From Nanopusillaceae archaeon (GTDB taxonomy: Archaea; Nanobdellota; Nanobdellia; Nanobdellales; Nanobdellaceae), in NCBI GenBank assembly GCA_038833255.1, contig JAWBIX010000019.1, forward strand, positions 1-7,095: a stretch of 7,095 nt of DNA, in the 5' to 3' direction. Position 1 is the stretch's first letter. Each line of letters begins with the position of its first letter. Below, piece by piece: positions 6,458-7,095 of the stretch. Below the pieces are notes generated by a model. It ran no database searches and was not told the origin of the DNA. It saw only the letters and a list, made by a program, of their open reading frames with translations. Position numbers and translations under genes: made by a program.

Positions 6458-6473
6458 TGAATGACAAAAAACT

Positions 6474-7095
6474 TTAAATGTAAACTTTTAATAAGTTCTT
6501 TCTGCTCTTAATTTTTAAAATATAACCCTTTGGTATTATTATTACTGCTTGCTTTATCTTTTTGTTTTCTAAGAATGAATTAATTTCGTTACTTAAATCT
6601 TCAAACACTTCTCTATCAAAATCATCGTTAATTTCGCTCTGGAAAAATGGATATGTATATCTTAAACCAAACTTAAAAATTCCAAAATATGGAGAATAGA
6701 AATAAACTTTGAAATCGCTATATTTTTTAGTAAACTTTTCTAAAGTTTTTTCATTATTTTTCCAAAGCAGATATGGAAACAAAAGAATTTTTTCATCAAC
6801 ATCTTTATTCATTTCTTTTAGCTTTTCTCTTGCAATCAAAACTTTTGGATTGTTTAAATCGAAGCTATCATACAAAAATATTGCTTTTTGAGATACTTTG
6901 TAAAAAGGTGTTAAATTTTTTAGAAAATCTTTAAAATCTTTGAATTGCTTAAAAGCTTTATAGAGTGCTGGATGAGAAAAAGATTTTTCTCTTAAATATT
7001 CCCATAATCTTCCTTCTATTATTGCTTGTTTTGTATTTTCCAACTCTTTTTTAATAACGTATAAATTATGAATTGCTAACAATCTTATTAACTCA
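6474..7095 (-). CDS. tgtA: Archaeosine tRNA-guanine transglycosylase (ArcTGT), C-terminal ~206 codons. The gene starts beyond the right window edge.
   Basis: The frame stays open upstream of the track's TTG 'start': nt 7083..7094 read E-L-I-R in frame, so the protein is ...ELIRLLAIHNLYVIKKELENTKQAIIEGRLWEYLREKSFSHPALYKAF... This is the characteristic end of the archaeal TGT catalytic domain (HNLY....I..aI.EGrLWE.v....r.HP.Ly). The C1-domain signature TYPFFQSEINDDF (nt 6618..6656) follows; compare Pyrococcus LTYPFAQSEAEDDF. The stop is TAA at 6474..6476. Confidence 0.85.
   Translation of the reverse strand, partial: ELIRLLAIHNLYVIKKELENTKQAIIEGRLWEYLREKSFSHPALYKAFKQFKDFKDFLKNLTPFYKVSQKAIFLYDSFDLNNPKVLIAREKLKEMNKDVDEKILLFPYLLWKNNEKTLEKFTKKYSDFKVYFYSPYFGIFKFGLRYTYPFFQSEINDDFDREVFEDLSNEINSFLENKKIKQAVIIIPKGYILKIKSRKNLLKVYI

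Noticed and set aside
6465-6467. TTG start for the NTase ORF (MSFRGNIFMDSNW...).
   Set aside because: An in-frame ATG at 6443 is preceded at 9 nt by an SD-like GAGGT that would otherwise lie inside the coding region. The extra 8 residues add nothing recognisable. I kept it only as an alternative start.
6709-6891. A 60-aa plus-strand ORF from the track.
   Set aside because: It is completely embedded antisense within the ArcTGT C-terminal coding region. Its F/S/L-rich translation is the mirror of a K/E-rich frame, and it has no start context or motif.
6924-6941. Tandem 9-mer aaaatcttt x2.
   Set aside because: It simply encodes the KDFKDF dipeptide-repeat stretch of the ArcTGT linker (KQFKDFKDFLK) on the minus strand. 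It is a trivial in-frame duplication, not a regulatory repeat.
7080-7082. TTG shown as the start (M) of the 202-aa ORF.
   Set aside because: The frame is open through the window edge (nt 7083..7094 encode E-L-I-R). The sequence LLAIHNLY... is an internal conserved block of the TGT catalytic domain. This is therefore the interior of a longer gene, not a start.
1-7095. CRISPR arrays, IS elements or transposases, integrases, rRNA or tRNA genes.
   Set aside because: I saw no regularly spaced direct repeats, no terminal inverted repeats flanking a transposase-like ORF, and no GC-rich RNA-like islands anywhere in the window.

Overview
This is a very AT-rich, densely coding window; the stretches I counted by hand are about one quarter G+C. 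It looks archaeal: it carries an archaeosine-type tRNA-guanine transglycosylase, a DUF43/BpsA-type enzyme, and TATA-like boxes about 25-30 nt upstream of several start codons. The proteins are rich in K, I, N, Y and F. I can support nine protein genes, two of them cut by the window edges. I saw no rRNA, tRNA, CRISPR array or IS element.

Layout, left to right:
- 1..268 (-): the 5' part of a glutamate dehydrogenase gene. It is missing from the ORF track because it runs off the left edge.
- 351..1604 (+): an AAA_14/DUF4143 ATPase.
- 1605..1814: a 210-bp non-coding gap with nested palindromes.
- 1815..2408 (+): a 197-aa helical orphan, followed 7 nt later by a MazF/PemK toxin at 2416..2757 (+).
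- 2758..2790: a convergent oligo-T gap.
- Minus strand, read in transcription order from the right edge: the C-terminal part of ArcTGT (6474..7095, apparently without a PUA domain), an AbiEii-like nucleotidyltransferase (5577..6443/6467), a divergent short COG2403/cDPG-synthetase-like P-loop protein (4562..5521), a BpsA-like protein overlapping it by 22 nt (3450..4583), and a histidine-phosphatase family protein (2791..3372).

The best candidate for something undescribed is the NTase / P-loop / BpsA-like module at 3450..6467. Each member is recognisable by family, but two of the three are off consensus at positions that are normally conserved. In the BpsA-like protein the TDPP motif reads FDAD. 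In the P-loop protein RHPMPYG reads TYPEFNG. No canonical AbiEi partner accompanies the NTase. A second candidate is the MazF toxin paired with an atypically long, unrecognisable upstream partner behind a structured palindromic leader. All family assignments come from reading motifs by eye and from remembered family consensus. No database search was run.
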